In this document: positions 12,167 through 24,960 of the stretch, one piece after another
Position numbering within the stretch: position 1 is the stretch's first letter
How the letters are laid out: each line of letters starts with the position of its first letter
Made by a program: the position numbers and the translations under genes
Assembly (NCBI GenBank): GCA_051362555.1
Contig: JBPQGU010000016.1
Location: 4,278,001 to 4,342,000, forward strand
Source of the DNA: Lingula anatina
Lineage: Eukaryota > Animalia > Brachiopoda
DNA: 64,000 nucleotides
Direction: 5' to 3'
Notes under the pieces: model-generated
The model's input: the letters and a program-made list of their open reading frames with translations, nothing else
What the model was told of the DNA's origin: nothing
The model's database searches: none

Positions 12167-12970
12167 GCACGTGATCTTTAATGAGCACACCCTAATGCTA
12201 GTTGTGTGTGAATTTGGTGACATTTGATGGCGTCTTTTTAATTTTATAGTCATTTCTTTACATCTTTAGAAGTCACAGTGAAACAGTCGATTTGAGGGGG
12301 TACCTCTTATAAATTTTACTAAATGGTATAAAATATGTATATTTTCACCACTATTTTGTATTTTTTAAACCATTAATCATGTTAGACACGGTATACGTAA
12401 TAAAAAACACTATTTCTAACAATTAACAGCTGTTAGGTGATCATTTGTAAATAAAAGTACATGGAAATGGGGGTGGGACAACCTTTTTGACCAATGCTGT
12501 ATAAGGGTTGCTTTGCATTCTTTGCATTTGAAAAAGGGCACATACTTTAATAACATTATTACAATAATCTATTTTAATTTTGATAAAAAACTTAATCAAA
12601 AACTTTATTGCAAATGTGTTATTTAAACTTTATGGATTAAATGGATTAATCTAAAATTTTAACTAAATGCGTGTTTTGTTTCTATATCAAGTGTACCCAT
12701 GTCCACAAGTAGAAGCGGTGGATGGAAGCAGTGGTTCTGATGTTCTGGTTGTGACCAGTAGGCCTAAACCACAGCAGGGACTTAATTGCTATAAAGCAGA
12801 CCGACATACATCTCTAAACAGATGGAACTTATATTGTCTTTCATTAAATAACATAGAGCTTTACATTTAAAGGCAAGACACACTTTGAGAAGGAGTAAGA
12901 TGAAAATAACATGGGTTGGCATCCTAAAATATAATTTGAGTATGACTTATTGCCCTCTATTCCTTTGGAA

Positions 12971-12974
<4 letters not shown>

Positions 12975-13055
<81 letters not shown>
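12975..13055. repeat. (TA)n microsatellite, ~40 units
   Basis: Perfect TA run. Confidence 0.99.
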
Positions 13056-13057
<2 letters not shown>

Positions 13058-13272
13058 ACAAAAGGAACATGAACAATTTTATTTCTTAGAGGGGGGGGGG
13101 GGGGGTACCTATTCAGCTGATAGCAGTGAAAATCCATGCCAAGTCTGGTCGATCAATGTAGACCTGTGGTGTCTATAGGAATGTGTCCTAAATCCCACCA
13201 AGTGTTGTTTTAGGAATTGTCGCACCACATACTTATGATGTCCGTGTTTCGATATATCCCATTTATTCATAG

Positions 13273-13955
13273 TTGATGGCAGAATGGACAGCCCAGGACA
13301 TAGTGCACAATATTGCGCGAGCAGGGGATGTGTTGGAAGCAGAAGTTGTAAGGAAGAAAGAAACCAAGCTGAGTAGCTCTGTAATGGAGAAGGAAGGGTT
13401 TGTCAGGGCTATGGATTTCCTGAAAAAAAAAAAAAGGAATCAGTGCAACAGAAGTGGTCAAAGATGCCCTTGTTGCACACTTAAGTACAAAGTGCTGTTT
13501 AGGTCTTACTTTAATAATTAGAAAGCAAATTTAGTATGTGAAATGTATCTACATGTATGTGATTATTTACTTGCAATTCTTGCTATTTTTTTGTTATATC
13601 TCTCTATATATTTAGCTAAATTTTTCTTATTTCAGAAAAAAAATGAATCGGGATAAAACATTCGTGGGACATTTGGCATGGGACAAAAATCTTGGAAAGA
13701 AGATAATCACTGTGAGTAGATATGCATGAGAACAACACAAACTATTGCACCATTTTCCATATCTTCAGGTAGAAAAAATAAATGAGTTTTTTCCATCATG
13801 GACATTTTCCTTTTTAATAGAGTTATGCATTAAGAATTAAATAGCTGTCTTGCAATTTTATATTTTAGGCTGAACAGACAAGGAGGACAAGAGATCTGGT
13901 TGCATGGACCAAAGGCATATTACACTATCACTTTTGGGAATGTGAGCAAGACCAC
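13273..13955 (+). pseudogene. Intron-containing DDE transposase fragment, Kolobok-like (three decayed exons)
   Basis: After an AG acceptor at 13272: DGRMDSPGHSAQYC, then (frameshift) KETKLSSSVMEKEGFVRAMDFL...GISATEVVKDA. Exon at ~13636: KHSWDIWHG..NLGKKII followed by GTGAG. Exon at ~13869: DLVAWTKGI..HFWEC. The motif series DGRxDSPG / SxxME / TDxH / DxWH / W-NHFW is what I recall for Kolobok-type transposases; the superfamily is not verified by a search. Confidence 0.7.
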
Positions 13956-14017
13956 AGATAATATTTGTTGAGATAATTCTGCAGTTTAGTGTTGTGTTTA
14001 TTTATTTATTCACCATT

Positions 14018-16130
14018 TAGATATTGCTCCGGCATCTCAAACTTTTTTAAATCAACGGAAAGAATTCTTTTTTTTTTTTTTTTTTTTTTTTGGTACTTTC
14101 GTTTGGCCTTTCTTCAGCACCGTTTATTTTTAGTAAAATACTTAGACGTTTAGTTGGGTATTGGAGAAAAATGGAATCCCCATTGTTGTTTATTTAGATG
14201 ACGGTATTGTGTCTGAAAATTCTCTAGAAAAATATATTACATTTAAAACTACATTCTAAAAAAATTAAAATGGATCTGTTTAAAGCAGATTTTGTTTTAA
14301 ACATTGAAAAAAGTAAATTAGAACCAGTCAACAAATTGGAATGGTTGGGGATTATTTGGGACATGGAAGTAAGGGGATTGTTTATTCCCGAAAGAAGGCT
14401 TTCTACATGTACTAGTAATACTCTGTGTCTTTTAGACGAATTGGTTTCAGATTTACCGTATATAACAGCTATAAAATTGGCGAGGGTTACAGGTAAAATT
14501 ATTTCTGTTTTATTATTATGTCTCCATTGATTGGAAATGTATCTAGATAAATAACTAGAGGAAGTATTGGGATTTTAATATTAATATTAAAGACGAATGT
14601 CTTGCATTAAAGAATTAATTTTTGGAAAGACAATTTAGTTTTCTTTTTTTTTTTTTAAATGAGAAAAGTCTACGTGTACAAAGCTTGCCTAGTAAGTTAA
14701 AAACGGTCTATTCAGATGCCAGAAAACCCGGTTTGGGACCATTTGTTTTAAATACGAATAAGTTTTTCATATTTAAAGGGATTTAAAGTAGATGAATAAT
14801 TGGTCATCTGTTTATAGAATTTAAAACTCACTTTCTTCGAAGGAGAGATAAACAGACGATCACTGGATCATTGATATAATGGAGATGGCTTTGTTTATGT
14901 ATTTCTTAGACCGATTTTGATGAATTTTTCAGGAACTGTACGAAGTGGGCCAAGGAAGAGATGATTATTTTTTGGTGGTGATCCGGATCAATAATCAATC
15001 AAAAATCAATAATAATAAAAAATCGCTGCCTTGGCGGAGGTCTACGCTCTAGTTATCAATGGGTTATCGATACAACATGCTGTAATGGAGTTCTGCAACA
15101 TTGAAGGAAGGAATGGAAGAAATGGCCATTAGGATCACAATCATTGATCAATGACAGTTAACATGGACATGATTATTGTCCAGGATGAACAGAGATTATG
15201 GGAACGATTGCTAGAGTTTTGTTTTCAAAAATTTTCTTTTTTTCCTTTTTCATGTTTTCTTGATAATGCTATCCTCCAAGACGTGGAGGTTACAAGCAAT
15301 AAAAGTTTGAAGGCTTTAGCAGATTCATTACCAGATGTCATTTTGAAGTCAAGAGCAGACAACACAGTGAGATAATATTCTTTCGGCTTCCAAAAATGGC
15401 TTGAACGGTGTAATACGATCGGTGTGACCTCTTTCTTTACAGCGAAAGACTCGATTGTTGCTTTTTATCTTCAAAATTTGTCACAAACTTGTAATTATTC
15501 TGCTGCGGTTTAGACATCTTTTTACACTTTAAAATGGTTTCATGGTACAGCCAACTGTAAGAAAAATCCGAAATTGCGAGTCAAAATTCGTTATTGCAGT
15601 GAAGGAAGCATCTCAGAGACGGAAAGATCATAGAGTAACAAAAAAGGAACCTGTAACTGCTAAGCACATTTCTCAATTGGTTACTAATTTTATGAGTTCT
15701 GAAGTCACTTTGAAGGATCTCCGAGTACTTTCCGTTTGTTTGATTTCATATGCTGGATTCTAATGCAGGGACTAAAGACAGACTGTTTAAGAAACACGGT
15801 AGATGGCGATCTGAAAACACAAAAGACGGTTATGTTAAGGATACTGTCGAAGAAAGATTATTAGTTTCTAAAAATTTGGGAATTTAATTTTTTTTACTTG
15901 TCTTCCTCTTTTTTTTTGCTATTTCAAATGTTTTACTTCAGTTTGGCTTCTGTGGCAAGTACTACAAGTTTTAATTGTTGCTTTTTATTTATTTGAATCA
16001 AGAGTGAAGAGATTACAAATTATTTATGAAATTGAATAGATAAATAAGAACATAATATTAATTTGTTTCACATTGCGCTCCTTCACACACACCCCCTCCC
16101 TTCTCTTGGGTACTTTTCCTTCTCTCTGTA
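14018..16130 (+). mobile_element. Decayed DIRS-order (tyrosine-recombinase) retrotransposon: RT, start of RNase H, internally deleted YR
   Basis: RT: FGLSSAPFIFSKILRRLVGYWRK, PIVVYLDDG, FVLNIEKSKLEPVNKLEWLGIIWD. RNase H start: VYSDA (~14705). YR: LPDVILKSRADNTVR, KKEPVT, DLRVLSVCLISYAGF, then DRLFKKHGRWRSENTKDGYVKDTVEERLLVSKNLGI* (stop at 15887). The 3' boundary is approximate. Confidence 0.88.
14890..15054 (+). mobile_element. 3' part of a Helentron-associated (HINE-like) non-autonomous element nested in the DIRS relic
   Basis: GGGCCAAGGAAGAGATGATTATTTTTTGGTGGTGATCCGGATC ... CCTTGGCGGAGGTCTACGCTCTAGTT. This matches the widespread family with subterminal CCTTGGCGGAGGT and a CTAGTT end. Recognised from memory. 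Confidence 0.55.
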
Positions 16131-17248
16131 ATGTTTACGATCTTTTGTGAATACGACCAGTGTTAAAAAAGGTAAATTTATTAGTATCTCTAAAATCTTA
16201 AATTGATAACTTCAATAACTTCCCTTAATCATGGTTATTTTTATTTAACTTTGACCACGGACCCGCAGAATCTTCGAGCGGGCCAGTTTATGTCTATTAC
16301 TTACAATCGACAGCCAGGGGGGCGTACAATACAATATATTTCATCCTACGCAAAGCTACTCCCCGAATGTATGAGCATCATCATTTACTTGTTATACCTA
16401 TCTTCATTGCTATTTTTAGTTTTTGATTTAATATAAACTAGTTGTCCTAGAAAAATATTATGTATGGTGACAAATAGGTCTACGCGGGTAATAGCCTTGT
16501 CACAATAGTAAAATAATATTCCATAATTTCGCCGTTCTTTGAGACCAATTTCCACAGCAACTCCTCAAATGTGCCATGCACTGTACCAGTTGTAATTTGC
16601 ATAAGAAAAAGTCGCGCATCGCAGTGCAAGCTATGCTCCTGGTTGGTCACTGGATAGCTAGACCCTGTAAGAAGACGACCTGCATTCATTGGTGGTTGGA
16701 AGGGTATCACGTGATACGTCAAAAGATGCGCACGCACGTCAGTCATTTGACGTTTTGCCGTCGAAGAGTGAACATCGAAAGTGAGCTCCCGGCGACGTCT
16801 TCCTGCGTCTTCGTCCAGTAAAGCATTGGCGCAACTGTGTGCGATGCATTGTTTATTGGGGCATTTGCGTAACGTTACGCCGACTTTGTTTCATTATGTA
16901 TAAATGTATATAAATATAAATATGGATGCTACAAACTAATAATGAAACACTTGAAAAAATGTGCAATTTAAGATCAACAAACCGACGAGTAGAGTTGTAA
17001 AATGTCACCGTGGCATATGTATCACATCTCTGTCAGTGTGTAGGCCTACTATCCTATATACCTGTAGTGACTGTAGCTTGGGCAGAGTAAAATTTGCTGG
17101 CAATGTTGATTTGTTATTGACTTTAATTTTTCTGTGTATAATTGATAATTTCTTGTTTGAATAAGAATAATAATTAACTCTAGAAATTAAAATAGTAAAT
17201 TATGACAAGTTGATAATTCAGATAACTATAAGAAAGGGCATGTGACAA

Positions 17249-17249
<1 letters not shown>

Positions 17250-17291
<42 letters not shown>
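17250..17291. repeat. Poly(T) tract, ~42 nt
   Basis: Direct observation. Confidence 0.95.
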
Positions 17292-17292
<1 letters not shown>

Positions 17293-18774
17293 TGGAAAGT
17301 AAGCTTGACCAAAGTTTAAGGCAAAGAAAATGTAAAATGACAAAATTATCATAAACAAATGGAAGAACTTTGATATGATTATAAACTTTTTATTTCACAT
17401 ATTTCATAAAAACATAATTAACAGTATATTTTATTTCTTATATTTTTCTTATAAATTTTATAACTCATTTAACTATTCACAAAATATTGAAATAATATAA
17501 TAATACTTTTTAAATGATTTAAAAGGGTGACAACCTACAAATACATACATAGCACAGGCAAGACTGAAATCCTGATAGAATTCAGATTACTTTAAATTCG
17601 TCTTAGTCAGATTTTAATATCACTTTTTTTAAAACTATAAAATATGCCTTGAATTTCAAGTTAGTTTGCTAGATGCGTACATTACTCAGAGTGAGAAATC
17701 ATGGTAAATGCATATAATAAGAGACAGAAAATGTAATGTATTATCAACATTTACAAATCCTCATATCTGACAGAAATCACAATAAACGAAGTTTTTCCAA
17801 GATCTGCAGTATTTAATTTTCTCCAAGTTCATGAGACTTACTACTCACTTTACTTAATTAATCAAAACTTAACTTACAAAAGATGAGGGGAATTCTCTAT
17901 GCAGATAATACAATATTTGATATTGTGACAAACTACTAATTTAACATTTGATGACTGAGTAATTAAAAAGCAATCATGTTTATTACAATGTCACACTCCA
18001 TGAAGGCACAGATTTTGGAAATAACAAACATCATTCCTGTTATCTCAAGTCTCTAATTTCAGCTACAATCCATAGGCGGTATCCCATTATGAGGTTATAA
18101 GCTGTTTCCATTCCCTGAAATTAAAAAGCAGTAAATGTTTTATATTTGATATTATTATTATTTAACTGGATAAGGCTTCAACTTTTTAGGTAACCTGTTA
18201 CCATTATACTTAAATATGATTTCAATTTTTATGATAGTAAGATTAAAATGAAAGTTTAGGCAAAACAAACACAGAACATGTTTTTGTCAATGTTAACGAA
18301 ATAGATGAGCAATGGAAACATAAGTCACAAGTTTACAACTATGGTATTCCGATGAATTACTTCTCACCTTTATAGTGCACAGCATTTCAAAAATAAAAAT
18401 TGTAGTCCATGCTGAAAAAGATATGAGACTTATCATCAGTATTTAAAAAAAATGTTTATTTGATATGTACTTGAGCCAATTACTGTATGTGGCATAAAAG
18501 AGTGCTATTATATGGAGCTACAGTTGAGATATAATAGGCTCTTGTACATCATACACAGTGAATGACAAGTAGTTGTAACTGACTAATACCATGACTAGCC
18601 CTTCAACAGTTGTAGGAATGTGCTTGTATAGTGATCAATTTGCACATTATGCTTTAAAATACAGACAAGCATGTAAGTGATATACAAGTGCAATTATGCT
18701 GTTGTTATACATGTAAATGCTGGCTGTGGGATAACCAAAACAGTACTTTGGCATGCACTATATACAGCCTATAA

Positions 18775-19310
18775 TTCTCAAGATCCTGGGGTGCCATTGG
18801 GTGCCATAGGCTCTTTTTGCTAACCAATATCTAAGCAACATTTCTGACAATTTTGAAAATAATTGTCCGATTGCTTTTTCAGATATTTGATTTGAAAGAC
18901 GGGGTCTGCGTGATCCAAATTTCACTCAAACAAAAATGGCCGTAATTTGCCATGGCACTGCATTGTCTATATATCCCAAGACCCAGGGGTGCTGTCAGTT
19001 GCAGGCTACATATTATGTAAAAAGGTACACGAAAAACGTCAGATTAAGATTTGGAAAAAATCTACCGTTTACTTTTTCAGATATATGCTTTTTAATGAGG
19101 GAGTTTAACATTATAAAGACGCATTCCTACAAAAATGGTCGTAATTGGGTATGAAGGATTATACCGTCTATACCTCTAAAGATCCAGGGGTCCCATCGGG
19201 TGCCATCGGCACTTTTTGTCAACAAATAAATGAGCAACATTACTGAAAAGTTGGAAAAAAATCGTCCGAGTGCTTTTCGAGATATTTCACTTGAAAGAAG
19301 GCTTGTGGTG
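18775..19310. repeat. Three diverged ~200-bp tandem units (likely internal repeats of an old transposon)
   Basis: AAGATCCTGGGGTGCC (~18780), AAGACCCAGGGGTGCT (~18978) and AAGATCCAGGGGTCCC (~19179). Each is followed ~95 bp later by CTTTTTCAGATAT or CTTTTCGAGATAT. Units 1 and 3 are the most alike. Confidence 0.75.
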
Positions 19311-19635
19311 TGAAAACTTCAGTTTACAATTGTCAAACTACATATGAAGCTATGCCTAGTTTAAATTGTCATAAAAACATATACAGACCAAACACTTGAA
19401 AATCACTTCACATGAGTTAAGTTGAGATGGTACTGATCGTTGTAAATAGTAAAATGCTTTTAAAATACCCACCAAATTTATGTGCATGCCTCCTAAATAA
19501 ACGATCCTCCCCGGTGCGTCGAACGTGCCATTTTGTTTACCTATAACGGAGTGTAAAATTCCTGCTTTTTTCATTGGCTCCCGAAAATCACATGATACCC
19601 TTCCACCCACCACTGACCTGCATTGAAAGTTTTCA

Positions 19636-20027
19636 AGTGGGTCGAGTCCATTCGATTTGAGGGGTGACAGGTGGGACGAGTCCATTCCATTTGAGGGGTG
19701 ACAGGTGGGGCGAGTCCATTTCATCTTAGGGGTGACAGGTGGGGCGAGTCCATTCCATCTGAGGGGTGACAGGTGGGACGAGTCCATTCCATTTGAGGGG
19801 TGACAGGTGGGGCGAGTCCATTCGATTTGAGGGGTGACAGGTGGGGCGAGTCCATTCCATTTGAGGGGTGACAGGTGGGACGAGTCCATTCGATTTAAGG
19901 GGTGACAGGTGGGACGAGTCCATTCGATTTGAGGGGTGACAGGTGGGGCGAGTCCATTCCATTTGAGGGGTGACAGGTGGGACAAGTCCATTCGATTTGA
20001 GGGGTGACAGGTGGGGCGAGCCCATTT
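19636..20027. repeat. 34-bp G-rich minisatellite, ~11.5 copies
   Basis: Unit GAGTCCATTC(G/C)ATTTGAGGGGTGACAGGTGGG(G/A)C. It explains the repetitive ORFs at 19356-19991 and 19726-20025. Confidence 0.98.
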
Positions 20028-21691
20028 CTTTATATCAAAGGATCAATTTATTTTAATTATGATTTTAATGAGACATTTTCAAACATATCAGAATATGCAG
20101 TTCTAAGTTTTGGGTGGAGGAGCAAATTTCATTGTTCCCATTTCAAAAGTGTGTCAAGATCTCTTATATTTCCGTTTTAATTTAAAATTGAAGTGTTCGT
20201 CTGATGAGATGGTCGTGAAATTTGAAACAATTTTCTCTAGCAAACCAAAAACCTTAGAATATGGACTTATATTAAATTAAGAAAATTTTATCTGGGAGGA
20301 TGAACTAATTTATAAATAGATATTAAAAAACCCGTCTCACTATAAAAAATGTAGGACAGATTTTTAAAAAAGCAATATCGTAAATTCATACAAATTGTAT
20401 TTATAAATGTGGGCTGTTGGAAATCCTGTAGATGTATTCTTAAAATGCTCTCAATTATTTACAAAATACTGGGCATATTAACAAAACTTTTAATCCTTTC
20501 GATTTACGACATCCTCTGTTACTGGAGAAATCATCAATCCCAAACACAATGCTTACAGATCAGTTTTAGCAGATTTAATTAGAAAGTGCTCAATCAATAA
20601 TATCTTTACAATTTTACCCCTAACCCTCTTTTATTATTATTATTAATATTTTATCATCATTTCATATGGAAGTGAATAAGAAAACAAGGAATGACAAACG
20701 TATTTATTCAATTTTAAAACAAAAGATGCATGGATGTGCGTAGGGTTCCAGAGGGTGAATGACAGGCTTGGTTGCCTGCAGCCAGGTGCCGTGCAGTTCT
20801 CAGTATCTCAGTGGACTTCTGAAATAAGAAAGTAATGTTAACAATATCTGACTTGTCCATAGTTCAGGCTCAGATAGCACCCCAAAAAAGCAATCGATTC
20901 TATGTTGCCTAACGCCACATTTAAGACCTGAAGTTAGTAATAAAGATATTTCAGATATCTTGCTTTGAAAAAAAAAAAATATTGAAAACACTCCTCTAGT
21001 TTGTGTAGGTTATCACTATTTATTTATTTTACCTACTATATAAAGTTGTAATATCTAAAATCGCTTTGCATCACGCGTTTGGGAACCATATTTCGCTTTA
21101 GAATAAATCATTTCCCCGTGTTTCAACACTGCTTACAAGCATTTTACAGGTACATGTATAATAAAATTAACAAACCTACTAAAACTGACTATCGTTCATG
21201 GGGCACGCTTGTCTTAGGATCAAAAGCTCGGAACTGTGACAAATACGGTACCATCATGTAAATATGTCCGTGATCTTTGTGGTAATATGCCCATTTACTA
21301 ATTTGCTAAATAATATTTTGAGTGGCATAACAGAAACGACAGGCGACAGCGACAACAAAGAGTAGTAACATACCCGTAAATACTCGTCGCAAATTTCTTT
21401 GCATTTTTCTACTCTCTTTCTATCAACTGACATACGATACTGAAGAAAAAGTGCTACTTACGAAACATGCATTTGCTTCTACGCCTCATACGACTGCGTT
21501 GCGACTGCACCCGCACGTTGAACATTGCGTCTTCACCTAGCTGTGTCCTACTGCCTACTGAGCATTCGGAAATACAGCTCGCACTACGATGAGCAAGTAA
21601 CTGTTATGCAAATTACAGACAGGCATGGCTCATTTCAGGCGAGGGACTGTGGTTGAAACTGTTCACGAATGTTCACGGTCTAATACATGTA

Positions 21692-21966
21692 CATGGCGGA
21701 TAAAGAGGGAGTGTCAGGGGGGATCCAGACCCCCTCCTCCCTTCGATTTCTGATAAAAAAATTACACCCAAAATCTATAGCTGAATAATAGTTATAAACC
21801 GTATCAAATGGAGATATTTTCCCTCTAAAACACCCTTTTTCGTGGCCCTCGAGCGTGCCCCAGACATAACTCCAAAGGGGTGAGGGTCGGCCTTGCACTC
21901 CGAGGCCTTGTCAATCCGTAAAAAAAAACACCACCACCCTTCCAAAAAATCCTGGATCCGCCCCAG
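21692..21966. mobile_element. ~275-bp MITE with GGCGGAT...ATCCGCC termini (possibly hAT-derived)
   Basis: Left end CATGGCGGATAAAGAGGG..., right end AAATCCTGGATCCGCCCCAG. ATGTACAT occurs at both borders, overlapping the left terminus, so the TSD is ambiguous. Confidence 0.6.
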
Positions 21967-22169
21967 ATGTACATGTGGATTTGACTTATTCATTCACACA
22001 TTAATTGATCAATAAGACCACGGGCGCTAATATACATGTATATTCCATAATACTGTAAAATGTATTCATAAATTACTGTTGTACGCGCACCGATACTCCC
22101 CCTCGTCGTTATACAATTTTCATACATAACTGTCATTGTAACTCAACGATATTATATTTAAAATAGGCC

Positions 22170-24960
22170 ATGTAAATTTGAAAAGCTGTCGCTAGGATCG
22201 AGGCCTACCAATGAAATCTAAATATTTTCAAGAACTTTTACTGGGCATAAATACGATTTAACCCGATTTATCAAAAGCCAATTGCCACCTCTATATCTCG
22301 ACTTTTCAATAAGAAACTAGGTAGCATCTAAAAGCTTAAAGCTTCAAAAATTTTGAGACCATAACAGAGTCAGCCAAGGGCACGTTTCGGTGCCACATTT
22401 GATTACGTCATGATGGATATTTACAGGTGAAGGACCAGAACAGTCTGTCGGAAACAATATAGAAACAAGGAGTCTGTTGTAACTCATTGGTAGAAATAAG
22501 AGACTGAATTTGATCTGAGGACCAGGATAGATCCGTAAATGACGCGTGTCCCATTCACTGTTCCTGAATTCTAAAATCTAGAGTAAAAATATGTACTTAA
22601 GCATTGTAGCAGGACGTAAACCAATCCACTTCAAGAGGACCCCATATCTTATCAAAATGTGAGAATAATTCTTTAGAAATACCCCAATTGTCAACATCCA
22701 CACTTCTACTTATATAATTTGCATGGGTATTCTCTTCTCTCAGTATCCTTTCATTTCTATTGAATAACTCCATTAGAAGAAAAACATCTAAAATAATAGG
22801 TTGTAATTTACTCCTCATGCTACTTTTTTCTTTAATGTTTACAACATCTTTGCTATCAGAAAACCACTTCAATCTCAAAACACTCAACGTGTTTGCCATG
22901 GAGAACAGGACCCTGAAAACAGCTATCAGTTCTCTGTAAGTAGAGCTCTCCGTCGCTTCGTCAGCTGACCATTCCCCGCAACACACCCTTTCAGGTGTCT
23001 CCACACAATATCCTCCAAACCCAGTACTACTAGCATCAGAATAAACTACCTTATTGCACTGAGGTGAAAACTGTAAAATTCTGATTTACTACACCAAGGT
23101 CTAATTTGACTGCATGCTTTCACACACATTTTCTGATTCTAAGAAAAAGCACTTGAAATAACCATGCTAATATAATTTGTCATTAGTTGCGTTACACTTC
23201 CCAACACATGAGACATAGTATAATCCGACCGACATAGCCAGACCTCTGCTCACTTTCGTGCGAATATAATGTCAGATCTCTTAGCACTTGCTAATCTAAT
23301 ATCAAGAACTTTGATTTCCCCAATACTAATATCTATTTCGATGCCTATAAATGCCAGACTCTGTACCTACATGTACGACCAAATAGTATTCTCATATATT
23401 TACATAAAACCTGACTTAGCAATATCATCTTTGATCTCAGCACCCTGATGCTCCAATCTATCTATGTTACTGCAGTACCACAGACCGTCATCCAATTACA
23501 TCGAACCATTCTTTGATTAATTGCCAAGTCAATTTTGCAAAAAAAAATATGAAGTGCTAATGATAACCCAAATGGAAGAACTAAGAATCAAAAATAAATC
23601 TGCTGATCTTGAATTTTCCATGAAAAACCTCAATAATCCGTATGAGGATAATAGATATCTAGATGTTGATTAGCTGAATCAAATTTAATCAACCAACCAC
23701 ACAGTTTCATAAACATAAGAGCCGTTCTCAAATGTCCGTAACTACCAGACTGCTTACAGACATGTTTGTTTACTTCTCGTACATCTAAAATCAATCTATT
23801 TTTTTCACTGCTATGCACTGCTTCTGTTTAAGGGTTATCAACAATTGGTTGTTTGCTACACCTTTTAATCAAACGCATCTTTTTCAATTCAAGAATAGCT
23901 TTTTAACAAAAAACTTATTTTTCAATGGTGAAAGCTGTTATCTTTCCTCATCCCACAGGGTGTTGCTATAAACGGAAATTTATAACCATTTTTATCAAGT
24001 CTAGAATAAAAAATGAATACCCTACTTCTTCCCAAAAACTTAAATTGGTTCTTAACCTACTTTTCACGGGTATGAATTTCTGATTTTGCTCATGTTCATA
24101 ATTATGCAACTCTTGATTGAAACTAACGCACTCATACATGTACCGGGTACTTATCTATTTTTCAATGCTTCCGCCTTCTATCCCATTCCAGATGTTCCCT
24201 TATCTCTGGGGTTGGACTCTGGTAGAATAACTTTCCCCTCTGTAAGTTGGTCACTCAAGCATGAAATGGCCCTTTCCTCAACAAGCTAAGCAAAGTCACG
24301 ACCCGCTGCTGCGATAAAGACTTCTCCGCTGAGAAGTATCGCCCACCACACCTATCGGTCGGTCTGCTGATATAACCTTATTTTTTTGGCTCCCTTTTTG
24401 TTTTCTTTTATTTTCTTTGTAGCTCTCTCGCTCTCAGAATCACAAGCAAGAGGATTAACAGTATGTTCCTTAACAGTGTCGAAAGTGTCAGCAATTCTGA
24501 TAAGTTTGTTTCTCTTGCCAAGACTGTAAGGCACTGTCAGTTTGTTCACCACAATAATCTTATTTTCAAATACTGTTGAGTCAAATTTCTGGTGATTACC
24601 TTCTATTTTCCAAGATAAATATTGTCGACTTTCAGTTTTTACCGGCTTCGGCATTAAATGTAGACAGTCTATGGTCGAAATAGTCTTTCGTCTCTTTCTT
24701 TTTACTTTCCATTTTTTTCATTACATCAGCCAAGGTAAAGTGTTCGCCTCCACTGGACTCATCAACCATGTCGTCTACGGAGTCGTAATCATAAGCGTGT
24801 TAACAGTACCGTGTCAATCGCCTAAATGACACGAAAACTCCCCTACATCAATCCCGCCCTCTTCTGGCGTGTCATAACCAGAGAGAAATTAATTTCACTT
24901 TAATTCCTCTCGTCAACCGATTGAAATTATATTTCTATTGACTCGCTACATCGAGCTGGA
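22170..24960 (-). mobile_element. Second decayed DIRS-order retrotransposon: gag-like, RT, RNase H, MT-like extension, YR fragment
   Basis: gag-like: KRNKLIRIADTFDTVKEHTVNPLACDSE (24352-24654). RT: KNRLILDVREVNKHV, LIKFD..HLDIYYPH, LPFGLS. RNase H: YSDASSTGFGGY, ESSTYRELIAV, LKWFSDS, ENTHANYISR. Extension: DNWGIS...WGPLEVDWFTSCYNA. YR piece at ~22180-22375: IEKS..YRGGNWLLINRVKSYLCPVKVLE. Many stops and frameshifts. Confidence 0.88.

Larger units (their letters stand above)
10834..12499. mobile_element. Non-autonomous Tc1/mariner fold-back element with TA target-site duplication and ~700-bp inverted arms
   Basis: TA|CAGCATTGGTCAAAAAGGTTGTCCCACCCCC ... GGGGGTGGGACAACCTTTTTGACCAATGCTG|TA. The arms ~10834-11540 and ~11797-12499 are reverse complements of each other. 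Confidence 0.92.

Noticed and set aside
12844-13178. ORFs with (IY)n
   Set aside because: Translation of the TA microsatellite.
19356-20025. 211-aa and 99-aa repetitive ORFs
   Set aside because: Products of the stop-free strand of the 34-bp minisatellite.
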